Source: Moniliella sp. 'wahieum' (lineage: Eukaryota). From it: a DNA stretch of 64,000 nucleotides. Numbering within the stretch: the stretch's first letter is position 1; every line of letters starts with the position of its first letter. Location: NCBI GenBank assembly GCA_003971905.1, contig RSEE01000096.1:1-64000 (forward strand), given 5' to 3'. The position numbers were made by a program, and so were the translations under genes. Below are positions 62,905 to 64,000 of this stretch, piece after piece. The notes beneath the pieces are model-generated. The model was not told the DNA's origin and did no database searches. It was given only the letters and a program-made list of their open reading frames with translations.

Positions 62905-64000
62905 ATGTCGGTACAAGCGCATACCCAAGCGCATACCCAAGCGCATACCCAAGCGCATACGCGCCTCGCCTCGGTGCTCGACACGATCCAGCGTGAGTTT
63001 GAGCTGTTGCACCAGGACGCCGGTGCGTCGCGCGCAGAGTGCGACGGTGTCCAGTCTCTCTCTGCCCAGCTGCACGAGGTGCAGCAAATGCGTTTGCTGT
63101 TTGCCCAGCTCGAGAAGCGGCACTCGGACTTGCTTGCTGGGTATGTCTGTCTGTCTCTTTTTCGTCTGCTCTGTCTGTTTTCATATCTTGTCTTATGCTG
63201 TGCTAACTCCCCGCCCCGCCCATGCGTAGCTACGATGAACAGATTTACCGGCTGCGAATGCAATTGCAAGCGCACGGTACGGAAGCGGACGAACGTCCGC
63301 TGCAAGAGCGGGACGAAGGGCAGTACGCCAGCCCGTCACCAAGTGGGAACATGCGCAGCCGCACGTTGCCATGCGCGACGACGCGCCGGATCCGGAGCTG
63401 GAGACCCAGGACAAGACCAAACGTATCCGCTTGACTGACCCCACCGCGCGCGATTGGACGGTCGAACGCGACTTGCCCGCATTGTCGGTTCCAGCTCCGT
63501 TGGACGAGCCTCCCGATACCCACTCCCCACGCCCCCGCCCGCCCACTCTCCACCTGCTTCGGAACCGCAGCAGGGGACGACCAACCGGTGCGCCCTGCTG
63601 TCGACGCCCACCCGAACCGACTGCGACTACGACCGCGACTGCGACTGCGAACCCGAACTCGACCCCGAACCGAACCCGGACCCAGCCGCCAGTGCAGCGG
63701 CCGAAGCCAATCGTGCCGTGGCTAACCTGAGCGATCTGGACCCGGACGAGGTGCCGAAGGAACTCAAGACCGAAGGTAGCGATTGGCATGCGATTTTCAA
63801 TCCGCAGGTGAAGCGGGTGTTGGATGTGAATTTGATGCAGACCTTGATGCATGAGTCGGTGGTGTGCTGTGTGCGGTTCTCGCGCGATGGCACGTTGCTC
63901 GCGACGGGGTGCAATGGGCAAGCGTGCATCTACGAGACAAAACGGGAGCCAAGGTAGCTGAGCTTGTGCACCGTGCCCCTTCCGGCGACCTGTACGTCCG
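62905..64000 (+). CDS. TUP1: Tup1-like transcriptional corepressor, 5' part (runs off the window)
   Basis: Tup_N coiled coil RLASVLDTIQREFE..Q..EVQQMR..LE..H..|YDEQIYRLRMQL (intron about 63140-63229). Pre-WD40 motif LSDLDPDEVPKELKTEGSDWHAIFNP..LDVNL..TLMHESVVCCVRFSRDG..LATGCN. Confidence 0.9.
62914..62960 (+). repeat. Coding 12-bp repeat (CAAGCGCATACC)4 encoding (QAHT)4
   Basis: Read directly at the TUP1 N-terminus. Confidence 0.95.

Overview
Eukaryotic, GC-rich, intron-containing fungal DNA. It looks basidiomycete: GTGCGT/GTACGT donors, CTRAC branch points and basidiomycete-type orthologues. The window appears to start at or near a chromosome end, with CCCTAA motifs and a 40-bp subtelomeric array. 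Nearly every conserved gene carries scattered 1-bp indels, so this is almost certainly an unpolished long-read assembly, and CDS coordinates are reconstructed across frameshifts and introns. Layout: (1) 1-6.8 kb subtelomere with repeats and two unusual divergent hypothetical genes; one appears to combine two WRKY/GCM1(MULE)-like zinc motifs, a chromo-like segment and a Myb-like segment. (2) DHA1 MFS transporter. (3) 9.5-22.8 kb accessory zone with solo LTRs, a duplicated hypothetical gene, an Lpx1-like alpha/beta hydrolase and a CipC-like gene. (4) Core region: LURP1/Tubby-C-like gene, poly(A) polymerase, nucleolin NSR1/gar2, a multicopper oxidase, a membrane-anchored secreted hydrolase, a TBC Rab-GAP and a divergent FTR1-FET3 iron-uptake pair with ATCWGATAA sites. 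(5) A Pro-rich hypothetical gene, a decayed repeat, an intronless bacterial-like GNAT, VTS1 and the 5' part of a TUP1-like gene. The most striking unexplained signal is a window-wide, non-coding family of 7-bp-periodic arrays made of TSA/TWA plus a variable 4-bp palindrome.
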